Shown here in pieces: positions 60,591 to 64,000 of a stretch of 64,000 bases of DNA; within the stretch, counting starts at the first letter, position 1; every line of letters begins with the position of its first letter. Source of the stretch: Paraphysomonas bandaiensis (Eukaryota; Protista; Chrysophyceae). A model generated the notes under the pieces. That model ran no database searches. It worked only from the letters and a program-made list of their open reading frames with translations, and was not told where the DNA came from. The stretch covers positions 162,182-226,181 of the forward strand of contig CBFFRP010000394.1 of the NCBI GenBank assembly GCA_965644295.1, written 5' to 3'. A program made the translations under genes and the position numbers.

Positions 60591-61882
60591 ATGCTTCGAA
60601 TCATTTATCGTTCATCATCATCATCATCTTCTCTTTTCTATCGTCCAATCACACGATTTCATCTGATTCCATCTCGTATCTATTCTACTAACAATAATCA
60701 TAATAATAATAATGAAAAACAACCACATGAACACTCTAATAAGATTAGTCTTATTAGTGGAGCTGTTGTAGGAGGATCAGTTATTTTAGGCAAAGCAAAA
60801 TATCTTCTTGCTGCTCTTAAGGTGACGAAGATGGCACCATTGGTATCAATGATCATCACATCAGGCATGTATTCGCTTATATTTGGATGGCCATATGCTG
60901 TGGGTATGGTGGGTTTAGTATTTTGTCATGAGTGTGGTCATGCAGCTGCAATGCATCGATATAACATTCCGTTTTCCCCTATGGTGTTTGTTCCTTTTAT
61001 GGGTGCGGTGATCGTAATGAAAGACATCCCCCCAAATGCTTATCAGGAAGGTGTAATTGCTCTAGCTGGTCCGGTAGCAGGGACAGCTGCGGCGGCATGT
61101 ATTGGGGTTGGTGGAATGATACTTGACTCACAGCTGCTACTAGCTCTTGCTGATTTTGGATATATGATAAATTTGTTCAATCTCCTTCCAGGTGCGATTT
61201 TACTATGAAGCAATATGCACTACACAATTACCACATCGCTAATATTCGTGTTGGTACATTACTTATGTGAACTAGTGCATTCCCGAATGCCGAATGTAAA
61301 CGTGGTATAATTGTGTGCACTATTGTTTCAAAACCAATATGATTGTGCATGTATGGGTACGAATATAAATAATTTATGTGCAATAATAATATGTCATGTG
61401 TATATTCAGTTGGTAGTCTGGACGGTGGTCGAGTACTTGGAGTAGTTTCTCCTTACTTTGGACTTGTTGGTCTCGCAGGTGGTGCAGGGCTAATAGCCAC
61501 TGGTTATGTTTCCAACCCAATCTTCTACTTGATTATGCTAGGAGGTGGCTACTCCACTGCACAGCGAATTATGGGTTGGGGTGAGGACAATGCACGCCCT
61601 AAAGATTATTATACACGCGTTACTCCAAATCATCAAAGAACTTTATTTGGTGCATATTTTGCCCTTGTAGCCACACTGCTTGGTGCTATGCATCTGAACA
61701 ACCAGCACAGGAAAACGCCAAAGCAAATTCAATCGAATGGTTATGATACTCACGATTTTAGTGAAGAGCTGATGCTAGATCGAAATACTATTGATCGACG
61801 TGACCCCTTCAAAGGTGACGGTGTGTATGACGACTACTTTGAGGAGCTATCCAAGTCGTGGGATGGGGGAAGGAGGATGTAA
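60591..61882 (+). CDS. Site-2 protease family (peptidase M50) membrane metalloprotease, 2 exons
   Basis: HECGH Zn motif; FVPFMGAVI; IALAGP; NLFNLLP|VGSLDGGR joined across intron ~61192-61409. Confidence 0.92.
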
Positions 61883-62527
61883 TATTGGGTTTGACAGTAA
61901 ATAGGTAATTGCGTAGTTGTTGGCATCGAGAAATAAATTAGATTTAATTCTTTCATTACAATTGTGTTTAAAAACTTGAAGGCATTTTTCAAATTAGACA
62001 TGCTTTTTATAGTGCCAACAATCAACAATCAGTCACCGTAGTGACCTGCAATAGCTTCTCATACGATTATTCAATGTAGACATTCTGCCAATATCTAGAT
62101 CAAAAATAGCTGAGGCATTACATAAAACATATTCGCCTGATAGTCAATCAATACTGTTAAATAACGACTTAGTAAGTTGAACTTAATAAGAAGCTTAGAT
62201 AAACACTTTAAGAAGAAAAATTATGAGATATCATTCATCATTCATCGCCATTCTCCAACTCATGTACTACTACTTACTACTACACCATACACCAACCATT
62301 TCTAGTATACCGTTACTATCTTGTACAGTCAATATATTTCAGTTTCAGTACTACGATAGCTATTCGATAGCTATTCGATAGCTACAACAACAACCCTCAA
62401 ATATCAATTAAATATGGCCATGCAGGAGGAATTAGGATGAAATGAGATGTATGCGGGGGATAGACAGGCATATAGATGATATTGTTCGAATCAAGATACG
62501 AATATTTCTCATTTGTTGCTATAAGAG

Positions 62528-62695
62528 TGCTCCCTCAACAAAGTCGGACTCGCTCCTTATCGTGGTATTTTGGAGAATAAGTACCGGATATATTTCTTCG
62601 GGAAACTAACGTGAGTTGCAAACATTGTCAGCAGATAACGTTCTGTCCACTTTTTGTGGTACAAGGGATACTGATTAGTGTCACTTGCGTAACCG
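62528..62695 (+). repeat. Partial copy of the dispersed repeat family
   Basis: TCCCTCAACAAAGTCGGAC...ATAAGTACCGGA...GGGAAACTAACGTGAG...GTCAGCAGATAACG...GGTACAAGGGATACT matches ~14025-14190. Confidence 0.85.
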
Positions 62696-62756
62696 TCACT
62701 AAGCACGCAAATGTGATGAAATAACAATAACAATTGAAATCATATTTCCACTCTAT

Positions 62757-64000
62757 TCACTCCTTAGTTTCTTCGAGCATCGCTGTCCAAAATCCAAGCC
62801 GAAGTCTCCACATGGTCGTTGTTCTTATTTTCCAGGCTACAGCCCTCTCGTTATAGTTCCGCTCTGATTCGGCCAAGTACTCCTAGGACTCTGATGCATA
62901 CTGTCACATCAAATTGAAAGACGTGCAGTCAAAGAAATCAGGATTAGGATAACCGAAATTATCCTTCGTCTATAAGAGTCATAATCGAAGCCTCAAAAGA
63001 GTTAAGCCTTCTCGTTTTTATTCAAATTTGCATTTTTCAGCTACGACTGTCATGATCACGTAAAGGTTAACGTGAAACTATTTGAAATATAGTTGCAGAG
63101 TGTATGACTTCAGAGTCTTACACAATTTCATATGATAAATCCATATCCGGAGGAAGCTTCATAGATATTAAATTTATCATAAATTAATGTGCCAGTTGCT
63201 GATTTTTGTTCTGCTTTGGAGGTGTCTACTATATTTTGAGCAAGCACTATATTATCCCAGCAGCAAGTGACTTGTCGGTCGTTACTTCTGCATTGCAACT
63301 GTTTTAGTTTATTCTCACTAGAAATGCTTCACTCTCGTTTACTGTTTTCGACCTCATTCTGGCTACTCGAATCAGATTTACACTACGAAAGCAAAATTAC
63401 TCTTTCACTGATTGATATCACAACCTATAGGTGAAGTGATATTTATTTCTCTTTGACACGCGTTTATGTCGTCTAGGATATCTCTGAAGCTGACAAGTAA
63501 ACCTGAGCCTGAGTTCAATCTGGAACTTCTACCGTGTATTTCGTTGACCAATGTCAACGCATAACCACAACACATATGTAAGAGGATAGACGAAGTATTC
63601 AAGAGGCAATTTTATATATACCAATACTAGAATTACAAAAATATAACTACCTTTAACAATTGCTGCTATGAATATAACTACATCACCACTCAGGAATAGC
63701 TTATTCAGAAGAAAATGTGTCGAATACAAATAGCTCATTTCCAATAAAATTCATCTAATAATTTATAACATCTTCTCAACAAGTGTCGAAAAAATAATCA
63801 AGCAATAAAATATAACTAAGCCTAAGTGACTCCAACATAATGAACACGATCCAAGGTGGTTGATCCCAAATGATAACAAATGTATATACTGCTGTAAAGC
63901 CGAATATAAGTTCCACAAATTACTCCCTACATCAGCCTTCCCGAGTAACTATACTCAAACAAGTACTATCACTCCTTCAATATATCCATGACATAATACA
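62757..64000 (-). other. Possible spliced or decayed membrane-protein gene, product unknown
   Basis: Short hydrophobic open segments flanked by intron-like sequence (e.g. last exon EYLAESERNYNERAVAWKIRTTTMWRLRLGFW...*); no family motif and no complete model. Confidence 0.25.

Overview
Gene-dense eukaryotic nuclear DNA with tiny (~45-60 nt) GT-AG introns. It is probably from a stramenopile/ochrophyte alga (inferred from the CDKA2-like kinase, SQD1 and PKD/REJ-like protein). Contents in order: 3' end of a VPS13-like gene; an intact, young Ty1/copia retrotransposon (790-5968) with non-canonical TA..TA LTRs; Sel1-repeat and Erv46/ERGIC genes; a proteobacterial-type SQD1; a PhnD-like gene; a 3456-aa lectin/REJ polycystin-like receptor; HACD; tRNA-iMet; a redox-dead Sep15/SELENOF homologue; a giant Tudor-array gene; a CDK; a NELF-A-like gene; a tesmin/LIN54 CXC protein with a C-terminal F-box; a GT61; a SAM methyltransferase; an M50 protease. 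A dispersed non-coding repeat family is also present. Two findings stand out. (1) The PhnD-like substrate-binding protein has an in-frame TGA at the family's conserved Cys and a compact SECIS-like hairpin just after its stop codon, making it a candidate new selenoprotein. (2) Manual splicing joins the 4317-aa Tudor ORF to about 16 upstream exons. The result is one ~4,900-aa protein with a Zn-less pseudo-cytidine-deaminase, SAM, EF-hands, an RS region and ~60 Tudor domains. Gene models were spliced by eye and family calls rest on recalled motifs; no database searches were run.
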